Source: Candidatus Eiseniibacteriota bacterium (GTDB lineage: Bacteria > Eisenbacteria > RBG-16-71-46 > SZUA-252). From it: a stretch of DNA of 57,226 nt. The stretch's first letter is position 1; every line of letters begins with the position of its first letter. Below the pieces are notes generated by a model. It made no database searches and was not told where the DNA came from. It saw only the letters and a list, made by a program, of their open reading frames with translations. Positions 9,459-19,401 of this stretch are shown here, piece after piece. The DNA is taken from assembly GCA_035494915.1 (NCBI GenBank), contig DATJGP010000135.1:1-57226 (forward strand), in the 5' to 3' direction. Made by a program: the position numbers and the translations under genes.

Positions 9459-10415
9459 TCAGTCGCCGATGGTTTCCATGCTCCCGAGCTTGCTCCCGCG
9501 CTGCTCCGACTCCTTCACCTCGCGCGGAACGCTTCCCTTGTCGACGTACACGAACGGACCGCGCCAGGAATAGGAGCGCGTCCACCCGCCCGCCTCACGC
9601 CGGTACCACGAATTCTGGAACTGGAACGCATCGGGCTGGCTGCGCACTTCCTCGGCATAGCGGGCCGCGGCCGTCCGCATCGCGGACACGCCCGTGTTCT
9701 CGGCCGGCTCGCGCCGCTCGGCCGCCGCCGTCTGGTAGCCGGCGTGGTAACCTTTCCGGTATGCGTTGTGCCGTGCGTACGAGGCGTTGGACGCGGACGT
9801 GGTGCGGTGATGATGCTTCTTCATCGTCGCCGTCTTGGCGGACGACGCCTTGTGATGGCGGTGGTACGTGGCGCGCCGCGCCGAGGAGGCGCCATTCGCG
9901 CTCGTCGTGCGGTAGCGGCCGTTGTCGCGGACCCGCTGGTCGAAATAGAGGGGTTGACCGTTTGCGCCGTACACGCGATCGCTCGAGACCACGATCATCG
10001 TCGGCACCGCGGTCGATACCATGCGCGACGGGACGACCGTGCGCACGGGACGATCGCCTGCGGCGACCGCCATCCAGTTCTGACGATACTCGGCCGGGAT
10101 GGCCACGACCTCGTGGGCCCCGGGCGAGGTCTTCACGAGAGCCACCGGGACTCCCTTCGCCCCGGCACGGTAGGTGCTCCCATCCTCGACCAGATAGACC
10201 GTCTCGTTGGACCCCGAAAGGTCGTATTTCGGATCGTCCACGATGTAATAGATGCGAGTCCCTGGAACGACCGCCATGCCGGACTCGAACACCGTAGCCC
10301 CACGTACAGCGGACCAATATCGCACGTCATCATCTTTGTCATTGGCCCGAACCGTGGGCGCTAGAGCGAGCAATGACAGGGCGGTCCCTACAACAGCGGC
10401 AGACAGGTTTTTCAT
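9459..10415 (-). CDS. Secreted hypothetical protein with two copies of a Tyr/Trp-rich domain and a basic His/Lys/Ala-rich linker
   Basis: Signal peptide MKNLSAAVVGTALSLLALAPTVRA; GGAGGAG SD; internal similarity to the 22374-22970 product. Confidence 0.75.
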   Translation of the reverse strand: MKNLSAAVVGTALSLLALAPTVRANDKDDDVRYWSAVRGATVFESGMAVVPGTRIYYIVDDPKYDLSGSNETVYLVEDGSTYRAGAKGVPVALVKTSPGAHEVVAIPAEYRQNWMAVAAGDRPVRTVVPSRMVSTAVPTMIVVSSDRVYGANGQPLYFDQRVRDNGRYRTTSANGASSARRATYHRHHKASSAKTATMKKHHHRTTSASNASYARHNAYRKGYHAGYQTAAAERREPAENTGVSAMRTAAARYAEEVRSQPDAFQFQNSWYRREAGGWTRSYSWRGPFVYVDKGSVPREVKESEQRGSKLGSMETIGD

Positions 10416-10508
10416 TGGACCCACTCCTCCTTGCGCGTTTGCTTCAGGTTGGGCGGCATCGGCTCCCCAGGTGCATACCGTATGCCCGCTCTCTGATAGT
10501 CTTCAGAA

Positions 10509-11417
10509 ATGAAGTCACTGCTCCGGAACCTCCGCCGGACCCTGCGCCGCTTTCAGGAGCATGAAGGCCCGCGCGTCGCCGCCTCGATCGCGTTCTATAT
10601 CCTCTTCTCGTCCGTCCCCGCGCTCGCGTTTCTCATCGCTTCGGTGACGTGGGTCATCCACGATCCTCACGATCAAGCGCACATCGTGAGCCACATGCTC
10701 GATCTCCTGCCGACCGGATCGGAGCAGAATCGCGAAACACTCATGGCGATCGTGAACGCGGTGCGGAAGGCCAGCGCCGGCCTCACCGTGCTCGGCTCGC
10801 TCGGCCTCGCGTGGTCGAGCCTGGGAATGTTCGGCGCTGCTCGCTGGGGACTCAATCGCGCTTGGGGGACGAAATCGCGCGCGAATTTTCTAGGCGTGCG
10901 CCTCATGGATTTCGCCGCCGCGGTGGGAATCTGGATGCTGTTGCTTCTCTCGGCGCTCGCGACCGCGGCGATTCACCTGGTGGCGGGGCACGGGACGCCC
11001 TTGCCGGTGACGTCGTGGCTACCGGGGCTCGCGTGGGCCGCGGCCCAGAGCTCGATTCCCGCGGCGCTCAGCTTCGCTGCGTTCCTCTTCGTCTACCGGT
11101 ACATTCCGAGCGTCGAGCATCGGATGAAGGACGTGTTCCCGGCCGCGCTCGTCGCGACGTCCGCCTTCGAGATCACGAAGCATATCTTCGCCTTGTACGT
11201 CCGGTTGATGACGAAGACCTCGCCGCTCTTCGCCGCGCTCGGAGGCACGCTCGGATTCATGCTCTGGGTGTATCTCTGCGCCGTGATCCTGCTCCTCGGG
11301 GCGGAGCTGGGCTACGTGTCGAGCCGGTATGCCCTATCGGAGGAAGTGGCGCTGGATCAGGTGAAAGGCAAGAACCGTCGCCCCCAGCACCAGAGCAAGT
11401 CGGACGAGAAAGCCTAG
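10509..11417 (+). CDS. YihY / virulence factor BrkB family membrane protein
   Basis: 'AASIAFYILFSSVP', 'GLNRAWG', 'YRYIP' and 'LWVYLCAVILLLGAEL'; about 6 TM segments. Confidence 0.92.
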   Translation: MKSLLRNLRRTLRRFQEHEGPRVAASIAFYILFSSVPALAFLIASVTWVIHDPHDQAHIVSHMLDLLPTGSEQNRETLMAIVNAVRKASAGLTVLGSLGLAWSSLGMFGAARWGLNRAWGTKSRANFLGVRLMDFAAAVGIWMLLLLSALATAAIHLVAGHGTPLPVTSWLPGLAWAAAQSSIPAALSFAAFLFVYRYIPSVEHRMKDVFPAALVATSAFEITKHIFALYVRLMTKTSPLFAALGGTLGFMLWVYLCAVILLLGAELGYVSSRYALSEEVALDQVKGKNRRPQHQSKSDEKA

Positions 11418-11584
11418 GTAGCTGTTCTGGTAGTTCCGCATGCGTCGTGCAGAATGCATGGGATGTGCCCAAACTTGTAATTTCGACAAGGCGATGGGGT
11501 ACAGTTACTTGCGTCGTATCAGGCTCGGAGGGCGTTGGGTCACTCCGCGACAACGTCCTCCGGGCCTGGGTGGATTCGCCCAGA

Positions 11585-12055
11585 TCAGTGCTTGGTCTCC
11601 GGGGCGCAGACCTCGCATCCCTTGTCGAACACGACCCTCCACCGGCCGTCCTTCTCCAGGCGCCAGATCGTGCTGAAGGTCCCGATCAAGGTCCCCTTCG
11701 GATCTCGCACCGGTCCCGACGTGAGCGCGAGCGTCCCGGACGGAAGCACCTCGACGGTCTCCGGCTCCCAGGAGAACGGCGCGTCCTTCCCGTCGAAGAA
11801 ACGCGTCCATGCCGCAACGACGGCGGCGCGGCCGCGCAGCGGCCCCTTGCCGCCGAAGAAGACGCCTTCCTCCGCGACATAGCCTCCGAACGAGGCGAGA
11901 TCCCGATCGGCCATGGTCTTCGCGAACGCGCGCTCCGAGTCGCGCACCTCGGACACGAGATCGCGCTTGGCCGGTGCGGCGGCATCGGCCGCGCGCCCCG
12001 CCTGGGGCGTGAGAGCGAAGAGGGCGAGCATGGCGAGGACGGTGCAGCGGTTCAT
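11585..12055 (-). CDS. Secreted NTF2-like / DUF4440 family protein
   Basis: Signal peptide; 'ERAFAKTMADRDLASF', 'FSWEPETVEV', 'ALTSGPV' and 'FSTIWRLEKDGRWRVVFDKG'; AGGAGG SD. Confidence 0.88.
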   Translation of the reverse strand: MNRCTVLAMLALFALTPQAGRAADAAAPAKRDLVSEVRDSERAFAKTMADRDLASFGGYVAEEGVFFGGKGPLRGRAAVVAAWTRFFDGKDAPFSWEPETVEVLPSGTLALTSGPVRDPKGTLIGTFSTIWRLEKDGRWRVVFDKGCEVCAPETKH

Positions 12056-12166
12056 GGAGATTCCTCCTGGGAGGCCGGCGCCGCGCGTGAGGGATGCGCG
12101 AGTACAGGCGAAGGATGCACCATCGGCGCGCGCGCATCAATCGCCCGCATGACGTACACTGCGGTC

Positions 12167-14038
12167 ATGCGCGATACCCCGGAACGGATTCCCGTCGTCA
12201 TCGCCGACAGCTACGACAAGCTCGCGCTCCGCGTGGCGCGCCGGATCGCGGCGCTCATCTCGGAGCGCCACAAGATGGCGCTCCCGACCGTGCTCGGGCT
12301 CGCCACCGGATCCACTCCCATCGGAATCTACCGCGAGCTCATCCGCATGCACCGGAACGAGGGGCTCGACTGGTCGCGCGTCGTGACGTTCAACCTCGAC
12401 GAGTACTATCCGATGGCTCCCGACAGCTTCCACAGCTACCACCGATTCATGTGGGAGAACCTGTTCAGCTCGGTGAACATCGACCGGAAGAACGTGCACA
12501 TCCCTCGCGGCGATCTGCCCCGCGACCAGGTGGACGCCCACTGCGCCGAGTACGAGAGCCAGATTCGCGAGGCGGGGGGCATCGATTTCCAGATCCTCGG
12601 CATCGGGCAGACCGGACACATCGGTTTCAACGAGCCCGGCTCGAGCGCCGCATCGAGGACCCGGCTCGTCACCCTGGACACCATCACCCGGCGCGTGGCC
12701 GCGTCCGACTTCTTCGGCGCGGAGAACGTGCCGGTCGAGGCCATCACGATGGGTGTCGCCACGATTCTCGAGGCGCGCGAGATCGCGCTCCTCGCAACGG
12801 GCGAGCACAAGGCCGCCATCGTGAAACGCGCCGTCGAGGGCGAGGTCGACCGCTCGGTCGCGGCCACCTATCTCCAGGGACACCCTGCCGCGACCGTCTT
12901 CCTCGATTCCGCCGCGGCGGCCGAGCTGACCCGGGTCAAGACCCCGTGGCTCCTGGGCGAGATCGCCTGGACCGAAGCGCTCGAGATCCAGGCGGTCATC
13001 TGGCTCGCGGGCGAGACCGGCAAGTCGATCTTGAAACTGGACGACATCGACTACCGGGAGCACCGCTTGACCCCGCTCCTCGCGCGACACGGCTCCTCGG
13101 GCGCCATCAACGGCGTCGTGTTCAACGCGCTGAGCGCCAAGGTGCGGGGACGGAGCAAGCTCCCCAGCGGCAAGCGCGTCATCGTCTTCTCCCCGCATCC
13201 GGACGACGACGTGATCTCCGCCGGAGGAACGCTCCGGAAGCTCCATCAGAACGGAAACCACGTGGTCGTCGCCTACCAAACCTCCGGCAACATCGCGGTG
13301 TTCGATCACGAGCTCCGGCGATATCTCGACTTCGTCTGCCGCGCATCCCAGGACTTCGGCATCGCGAGCGATCGGCTGCCGCGCTTCGTCGCGGAGGTGG
13401 AAGCCTTCCTCAAAGCGCGGACGCCGGGTGAGGTGGATTCGGGCGAGGTGTTGCTCCTCAAGCGCCGCATTCGCGAAGTGGAAGCGCGCTCCGGTCTCGA
13501 GACGCTCGGCATCGGCGCCGATGCCTCGCGATTCCTGAACCTTCCCTTCTACCAGACGGGGCAGGTGCGCAAGGATCCGATCGGGGACAAGGACGTGGCG
13601 ATCATCCAGGAGCTGCTCCAAGCGGAGCGGCCGGATCTGATCCTCGTCGCGGGGGATCTCTCCGACCCGCACGGCACGCACCGCATGTGCTACGAGGCGG
13701 TGGCGCGCGCGCTCGAGCGCTACGACGGGAAGCCGCCCGAGGTGTGGCTCTACCGCGGCGCCTGGCAGGAGTGGCCGATCGCCGAGGCGGATCTCCTCGT
13801 GCCCATGTCCGAGGAGGAGCTGCGGCTCAAGATCGCCGCCATCTTCAAGCATCAGAGCCAGAAGGACCGCGCCCCCTACCCCGGCGTGGACGAGCGCGAG
13901 TTCTGGCAGCGGGTGGAGGAGCGGAACAAGGGGACGGCCGCGCTCGTGGATCGTCTCGGGTTGCCGGAGTACTACGCCATGGAGGCGCTCGTGGTCCGGA
14001 GCGCACGCGCGCTCGCGGACTATGACGGGCGGGACTAG
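12167..14038 (+). CDS. nagB: Glucosamine-6-phosphate deaminase fused to a C-terminal PIG-L-like domain (NagB-II type)
   Basis: NagB motifs LGLATGSTP, FNLDEYY, LGIGQTGHIGFNEPGS and AITMGV; then FSPHPDDDVIS, DLSDPHGTH and HQSQKD. Confidence 0.93.
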   Translation: MRDTPERIPVVIADSYDKLALRVARRIAALISERHKMALPTVLGLATGSTPIGIYRELIRMHRNEGLDWSRVVTFNLDEYYPMAPDSFHSYHRFMWENLFSSVNIDRKNVHIPRGDLPRDQVDAHCAEYESQIREAGGIDFQILGIGQTGHIGFNEPGSSAASRTRLVTLDTITRRVAASDFFGAENVPVEAITMGVATILEAREIALLATGEHKAAIVKRAVEGEVDRSVAATYLQGHPAATVFLDSAAAAELTRVKTPWLLGEIAWTEALEIQAVIWLAGETGKSILKLDDIDYREHRLTPLLARHGSSGAINGVVFNALSAKVRGRSKLPSGKRVIVFSPHPDDDVISAGGTLRKLHQNGNHVVVAYQTSGNIAVFDHELRRYLDFVCRASQDFGIASDRLPRFVAEVEAFLKARTPGEVDSGEVLLLKRRIREVEARSGLETLGIGADASRFLNLPFYQTGQVRKDPIGDKDVAIIQELLQAERPDLILVAGDLSDPHGTHRMCYEAVARALERYDGKPPEVWLYRGAWQEWPIAEADLLVPMSEEELRLKIAAIFKHQSQKDRAPYPGVDEREFWQRVEERNKGTAALVDRLGLPEYYAMEALVVRSARALADYDGRD

Positions 14039-17022
14039 GCGGGGCGGGCGGCCTCGGGCTTGTAGATGAGCCCGAGGTTCTTCCTCCCGTTCATCTTCAC
14101 GACGAGCGGTCGATCGAAGATGAGATGGCGGACCGCCTCCGCTTCTCCGACCTGCGGCTGTCCCTCGATCCACTCCCAATCGATGAATCCTTCCCCCAGG
14201 TCCTCGTTCACCGTGAAGTAACCGACGCCGAACGACGTCAGGTTCTGGAAGAAATGGCTTCCTTGCGATGGCGTCACGCGCACGTCGCGGAATCCTGATT
14301 CCACGATCACGCGCGCCCCCGAGATTTGATCCCAGGTCACCGGAATCCCGAGCCACGGATCGGTCGATCCCCAGCGTCCGACTCCGATGAGGAGATAGGG
14401 ACGCTTCGTCTGGAGGAGCTCGGCGTTGAATCGCGCCACCGCGGAGGCGGCGCCCCGGCTCCGGGAGCGATCGAATCGGTGGAAGTCGACGACGACGACG
14501 TCCCGGATGTCGTCCACGAGGCCGTTCCCCATCACCTGCGTGCTCCGGCACAGGAGGGCGTCCTTGGGCGGCTCCTCCAGCTCGAGATTCTCGGTCTCGT
14601 GCGCGAGCACGAGCGGACGCATCTGGAGAAAGCCGAAGTGGTGCGGCCTCGATGGGTCCTTGGAGAGCACGGTCGCGAATTCGATCTCCGCGGGGCGATT
14701 CATGCCGCGGCTCCCGGCGTCGAGGAGGATCGAAAGGATCTCCGCGAGCGGGAACACGCCGTGCTTCAGGACCGGCGCGAAGGTCACGAGTCGCACGCCC
14801 GGGCGCGCGAGCCCGTCGTACACCGCCTGGTTCTCCGCCGACCACGTGGATCCGAGCGCGTACAGCGTGCCGTCCGCCTCGGCCGCCTCGAGCCCGAAGC
14901 GCTTCTCCCGCATCCCCTGCACGCCGTCCCCATCGCTCCCGTTCAGCTCCACGGCCCAGAAGTCGCGCTGCGAGTTGCGGACGATCTCGTCGGGCGTCGA
15001 GAACTGGAGGATGGCCTGCGGATGGCGCGGGCAGAAAGTGAGGCAGCGCTCCCCCTCGACCACGCTCCGTCCCATGCCGAGCGCCACGGCGGCGATCCCA
15101 TCCTCGGTGTGGAGCGGCGCGGCGGCGTAGTAGTTGTAGGAGCGGGCCACACCGGAGAAGTCGGGGTAGAAGCGGCTCCCGTGGTGCGCGCCGACGACGC
15201 GCTGGATGGCGACCGCCATCTTCTCCTCCTCGAGCCGGTACGGCGTGTTGTGGAGGAAGTCCTTCGTCTGGCTGAGGAACGTGGAGGCGTACACGCGCCG
15301 CACGGCGCCGACGAGCTGACGAAGCCGCACGCGCGGATCGGGATGGTTGTTCGGGAGCATGAAGGTCTCGTAGACGCCGGTGAACGGCTGGTACTGCGAG
15401 TCTTCGAGGAGGCTCGAGCTCCGGACGGCGAGCGGCCAGCGCGCGGACTCGACGAACGCGCGCAGCTTCCGCATGACGTCCCGCGGGAGCGGCGCCTTCA
15501 GGAACTCCGCCAGGATCTTCTCGTCGTCGCGGCTGTTGAGCGCGAGATCGTAGAGCTCGTTCCGCTCGAGATAGCGATCGAAGCAGTCGGTCGCGAGCAC
15601 CACGGTCTGCGGGACCGCGATCCGCACCCCCGGAATGCCCCGCCCGATGCCGAGGTAGTTGATGAGGTAGCGGACGAACGCGAGCCCGCGCGCCTTCCCG
15701 CCCAGCGATCCCGTTCCGATCCGCGCGAAGTAGTTGCTGTCGGGATCGAACGTGGCCGGATCGAAGTCGGCGACCAGCGCCTCGGTCTGCTCGCGGCGGT
15801 ACTCTCCGATCGATTCGATCAGGTTGTGACGAAGCCCCTCGAGCGAGCCGAAGTCCTCGACGCGCCGGGGCCGGAGCTTCCGCGCGAGCGCGAACTCGGT
15901 GCGCGCTCCGAGCCAGTTGGAGAAGTGGTTCCGCTGCGCGTGATAGCCGATGCTCTCGGCGGGAACCGTCCGGAGCTTCTCCTCCAGCGACTTGAGATCC
16001 CGCGCGCGGGCCACCTCGGTGCCGTCGGGGAGCCGGAAGACGAACTCGCCGAACGCGAAATTCTCGACGAGGATCGCGCGGAGGTCCGAAAGGAGCGTCT
16101 CGGAATACTTGCGGAGGAACGCCGCGCCCACCTGGGCCGCCCCCGCCGCGAACTCGGCGCGGCTCGACTGGAGCACGATCGGCAGGTCGGGAATGCGGCT
16201 CCGGACGAGCTTCGCGAGCTCGAAGCCCGCGTTCCGATCGCGCGTTCCTCCCCGTGGAAACTCCACATCGGTGATCAGGCCGAGGAGGTAGGGCTCGTAT
16301 TTCTGCACCAGGTCCCACGCCTGCTCGAACGTGCTCGCGAGGAGGAGCTTCGGCCGCGCGCGCGTTCGAACGAGCTTGTGGGACGGGTTGATCCCCTCCG
16401 AGAGGAGCCGCTCCGACTGGCGGATCAGCTCGGTGTAGATCTCGGGAAGGAACGACGAGTAGTACCGGACGTTGTCCTCGACCACGAGGAGCACCCGCAC
16501 GCCCATCGCGGCCGTGTCGTGGAAGACGTTCCGGCGATCCTCGACGTACTTGACGATCGCGACGAGGATCCGCGCGTTCCCTTGCCAGAGGAAGAGCCCG
16601 TCCAGCTCCGAGACGTCGTGGGTCGCCTCGAATTCCTTCCGCTCGTCGTTGTCGTACGCCATGCCGACGACCGGAATGTCGAGGCCCGCGCGCTTCACCT
16701 CGCGCGCGATCTCGGTCGCGTCCATGTCCGCCGGACTCAAGGTGCTGAGGATGAGGTTGAACCGCCGCTCCGACCGAGCGAGAGCGAGTGCCTCGTGCCC
16801 TGAAGAGACGTGGGTGAGGCCGGGCGTGTGGTGCAGGGACAGCTCGAGGAACTCCCCGGCGATCAGCTCGTTGAGCCGCCCATCCTCCTGCAGCGTGAAC
16901 GAGTCGTAGAGGCTCGAGACGAGCAGGATGTCCTGGACCCGGAACGGCATGAGGTCCTGGAACGCCTGGAACGGATTGCTGGCATCCTGAATCGGATCTT
17001 CGGGCGGGCTCACAAGGAGCAT
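14035..17022 (-). CDS. PEP/pyruvate-binding (PPDK_N, ATP-grasp-like) protein with N-terminal receiver-like domains
   Basis: 'GSLGGKARGLAF', 'AVRSSSLLEDS', 'YETFML', 'EEKMAVAIQ', 'SGVARSYNYY' and 'EIEFA'; receiver-like 'VLLVVEDN' and 'LITDVEFP'. I see no His phosphocarrier domain. Confidence 0.88.
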   Translation of the reverse strand: MLLVSPPEDPIQDASNPFQAFQDLMPFRVQDILLVSSLYDSFTLQEDGRLNELIAGEFLELSLHHTPGLTHVSSGHEALALARSERRFNLILSTLSPADMDATEIAREVKRAGLDIPVVGMAYDNDERKEFEATHDVSELDGLFLWQGNARILVAIVKYVEDRRNVFHDTAAMGVRVLLVVEDNVRYYSSFLPEIYTELIRQSERLLSEGINPSHKLVRTRARPKLLLASTFEQAWDLVQKYEPYLLGLITDVEFPRGGTRDRNAGFELAKLVRSRIPDLPIVLQSSRAEFAAGAAQVGAAFLRKYSETLLSDLRAILVENFAFGEFVFRLPDGTEVARARDLKSLEEKLRTVPAESIGYHAQRNHFSNWLGARTEFALARKLRPRRVEDFGSLEGLRHNLIESIGEYRREQTEALVADFDPATFDPDSNYFARIGTGSLGGKARGLAFVRYLINYLGIGRGIPGVRIAVPQTVVLATDCFDRYLERNELYDLALNSRDDEKILAEFLKAPLPRDVMRKLRAFVESARWPLAVRSSSLLEDSQYQPFTGVYETFMLPNNHPDPRVRLRQLVGAVRRVYASTFLSQTKDFLHNTPYRLEEEKMAVAIQRVVGAHHGSRFYPDFSGVARSYNYYAAAPLHTEDGIAAVALGMGRSVVEGERCLTFCPRHPQAILQFSTPDEIVRNSQRDFWAVELNGSDGDGVQGMREKRFGLEAAEADGTLYALGSTWSAENQAVYDGLARPGVRLVTFAPVLKHGVFPLAEILSILLDAGSRGMNRPAEIEFATVLSKDPSRPHHFGFLQMRPLVLAHETENLELEEPPKDALLCRSTQVMGNGLVDDIRDVVVVDFHRFDRSRSRGAASAVARFNAELLQTKRPYLLIGVGRWGSTDPWLGIPVTWDQISGARVIVESGFRDVRVTPSQGSHFFQNLTSFGVGYFTVNEDLGEGFIDWEWIEGQPQVGEAEAVRHLIFDRPLVVKMNGRKNLGLIYKPEAARPA

Positions 17023-17059
17023 GGTGCCACGGCCGAGGGATTAGCGCACCAGCGGACTC

Positions 17060-17095
17060 GGCCAGGGCGGGGAGCCACGCGTCCCCGCCCTGGCC
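17060..17095. terminator. Strong GC hairpin between gdhA and the downstream PPDK_N-like gene (terminator or RNA stability element)
   Basis: Perfect 14-bp stem ggccagggcgggga/tccccgccctggcc, with no U-tract. Confidence 0.55.
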
Positions 17096-17107
17096 ATCAA
17101 CCGGGTT

Positions 17108-18517
17108 TTAAACGAGCCCCTGGTCCAGCATGGCGTTCGCCACCTTCACGAAGCCGCCAATGTTGGCACCGTTCAGCAGATTCCCCGGCGTGCCGTACTT
17201 CTCGGCGGTTTCGTAGCAGGTCTGGTGGATGGCGACCATGATCTGGTGGAGCCGGTGATCCACCTCGTCGCGCGTCCACGCGAGCCGCATCGAGTTCTGC
17301 GCCATCTCGAGTCCCGACGTGGCGACACCGCCCGCGTTCGCGGCCTTCGCGGGGCCGTAGAGGATGCCCGCGTCGAGGTAGACCTGCACGGCTTCGATCG
17401 TGCTCGGCATGTTCGCCCCCTCGGCGACGAGCATGATGCTGTTCTTGACCAGGTTCGACGCGTCCTTCTGGTTGATCTCGTTCTGCGTGGCGCTCGGGAA
17501 GGCGCAATCGGCCTTGATGTTCCAGATCGGGTTCATGCCCGCCTTCAAGTCCACGGCGGTGTAGGTGGAGCCCTTCCACTTGTCGGCGTACTCCGCGATG
17601 CGGCCGCGGCGCGCGTTCTTCAGCTCCATGACCCACGCGAGCTTTTCGCGGTTGATGCCGTCCGGATCATGGATCATGCCGTCGGAATCGGAGAGCGTGA
17701 CCGGCTTGGCGCCGAGGTCGAGCAGCTTCTCGACCGTGTACTGCGACACGTTGCCGCTTCCGGACACCAGGCAGGTCTTCCCCGCGAGCGACTGGTTCTG
17801 GCTCTTCAGCATCTCGTCCGCGAAGTAGACGCAGCCGTATCCGGTCGCTTCCGGCCGGATGAGCGAGCCGCCCCAGTTGATGCCCTTCCCGGTGAGAACG
17901 CCGGTGAACTCGTTCGCGAGCCGCTTGTACTGACCGAAGAGGAAGCCGATCTCGCGGCCGCCCACGCCGATATCCCCGGCGGGAACGTCGGTGTCCGGAC
18001 CGATATGGCGCCACAGCTCGGTCATGAAGCTCTGGCAGAAGCGCATCACCTCCGAGTCGCTCTTCCCCTTGGGGTCGAAGTCGGAGCCCCCCTTGCCGCC
18101 CCCCATCGGAAGCGTCGTGAGGGAGTTCTTGAAGACCTGCTCGAACGCGAGGAATTTGAGGATGCCGAGATTCACCGAGGCGTGGAAGCGCAGCCCCCCC
18201 TTGTAGGGACCGATCGCGCTCGACATCTCGATCCGGAAGCCGCGGTTCACCTGCACCTCGCCGCGGTCGTCCATCCACGGGACGCGGAACATGATCACGC
18301 GCTCCGGCTCCGAGATCCGCTCGAGGAGTTTCGCCGAGCGATACTCGGGATGGCGCTCCAGCACGGGCACGAGCGAGTCGAACACCTCCTGGGTCGCCTG
18401 ATGGAACTCGGGCTCGGCCGGATTCTTGGCGCGGATCAGCCCCAGGACCTGCTGCACGTACTCTTTCACGCTGGGCGTACTCGTGGGCCTTTTCACGGAG
18501 ACATCGAGGGCACTCAT
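17108..18517 (-). CDS. gdhA: NADP-specific glutamate dehydrogenase
   Basis: Motifs GPYKGGLRFH, FEQVFKNSLTTLPMGGGKGGSDFDPKGKS, DVPAGDIGVG, RPEATGYG, SGSGNV, AEGANMP and ANAGGVATSGLEM. Confidence 0.97.
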   Translation of the reverse strand: MSALDVSVKRPTSTPSVKEYVQQVLGLIRAKNPAEPEFHQATQEVFDSLVPVLERHPEYRSAKLLERISEPERVIMFRVPWMDDRGEVQVNRGFRIEMSSAIGPYKGGLRFHASVNLGILKFLAFEQVFKNSLTTLPMGGGKGGSDFDPKGKSDSEVMRFCQSFMTELWRHIGPDTDVPAGDIGVGGREIGFLFGQYKRLANEFTGVLTGKGINWGGSLIRPEATGYGCVYFADEMLKSQNQSLAGKTCLVSGSGNVSQYTVEKLLDLGAKPVTLSDSDGMIHDPDGINREKLAWVMELKNARRGRIAEYADKWKGSTYTAVDLKAGMNPIWNIKADCAFPSATQNEINQKDASNLVKNSIMLVAEGANMPSTIEAVQVYLDAGILYGPAKAANAGGVATSGLEMAQNSMRLAWTRDEVDHRLHQIMVAIHQTCYETAEKYGTPGNLLNGANIGGFVKVANAMLDQGLV

Positions 18518-18726
18518 GCCGGATCTCCTTGGTGGTCGGCTGCGTCGTAAGGAAGGCTAATGGGGCGAGTGTACCCGGGAGAGCCGGGACGGAGCATCCC
18601 CGTTCTTGGCATGCCTTGGTGCCCCTTGCATGGGGCCAGCCGTCCCCCTAGGCGAAAGGGCGGGAACAGGCTACACTCAGGGGCCGTACCCGAATTTGAA
18701 ACCATACTCAATGGATGGGCTGAGCC

Positions 18727-19401
18727 ATGAACGAGACGATCTGGGCGGATGTCGATCGCTACATCGGCGACACCGTCGTGCCGCAGGACGAGGTTCTTAC
18801 CGAGGCGATCCGCGCGAGTGAAGCCGCCGGCCTCCCTTCCATCGCCGTGTCGGCGAGCCAGGGCAAGCTCCTCCACATCATCGCCAGGGCCATGGGCACG
18901 CGCTCCGCGCTCGAGATCGGCACGCTCGGCGGATACAGCACGATCTGGATCGCGCGCGCGCTCCTCGGGGGCGGCCACATGATCACGCTCGAGGCGGACC
19001 CGAAGCACGCCGAGGTCGCGCGGGCCAACATCGCCCGCGCGGGCTTCGCCGAGATCGTCGACGTGCGCTTGGGCAAGGCGCTCGACACGCTCCCGAAGCT
19101 CAAGGCCGAGAACCAGGGCCCGTTCGATCTCGTCTTCATCGACGCGGACAAGGTCAACATTCCCCAGTACTACGAGTGGTCGCTCAAGCTGACCCGCCCG
19201 GGGAGCCTCATCGTGGTGGACAACGTCGTCCGTGACGGTGGCCTCATCAACCCGAACGGGGACGAGTCGGTCCAGGGGGTCCGGAAGCTCCACGAGATCC
19301 TGACGAACGACAAGCGCGTCTCCGCGACCACCATCCAGACCGTCGGGTCGAAGGGGTGGGACGGCGTCACCTTCGCCCTGGTGGCCGCCGAGACTCGATG
19401 A
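18727..19401 (+). CDS. O-methyltransferase (Methyltransf_3 / caffeoyl-CoA OMT-like)
   Basis: Motifs [31 protein letters not shown] and [10 protein letters not shown]. Confidence 0.94.
   Translation: MNETIWADVDRYIGDTVVPQDEVLTEAIRASEAAGLPSIAVSASQGKLLHIIARAMGTRSALEIGTLGGYSTIWIARALLGGGHMITLEADPKHAEVARANIARAGFAEIVDVRLGKALDTLPKLKAENQGPFDLVFIDADKVNIPQYYEWSLKLTRPGSLIVVDNVVRDGGLINPNGDESVQGVRKLHEILTNDKRVSATTIQTVGSKGWDGVTFALVAAETR

Noticed and set aside
12137-16318. 1393-aa minus-strand ORF, and similar long ORFs (49147-52236, 25999-28278, 14326-16803, 456-2645, 40187-42361)
   Set aside because: These are antisense or off-frame shadows of well-supported genes. They are Arg/Ala/Gly-rich with no motifs, as expected in high-GC DNA.
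18600-18640. Sigma54 promoter between gdhA and the O-methyltransferase
   Set aside because: The TGGCA...TGC spacing is one base off the strict GG-N10-GC rule.
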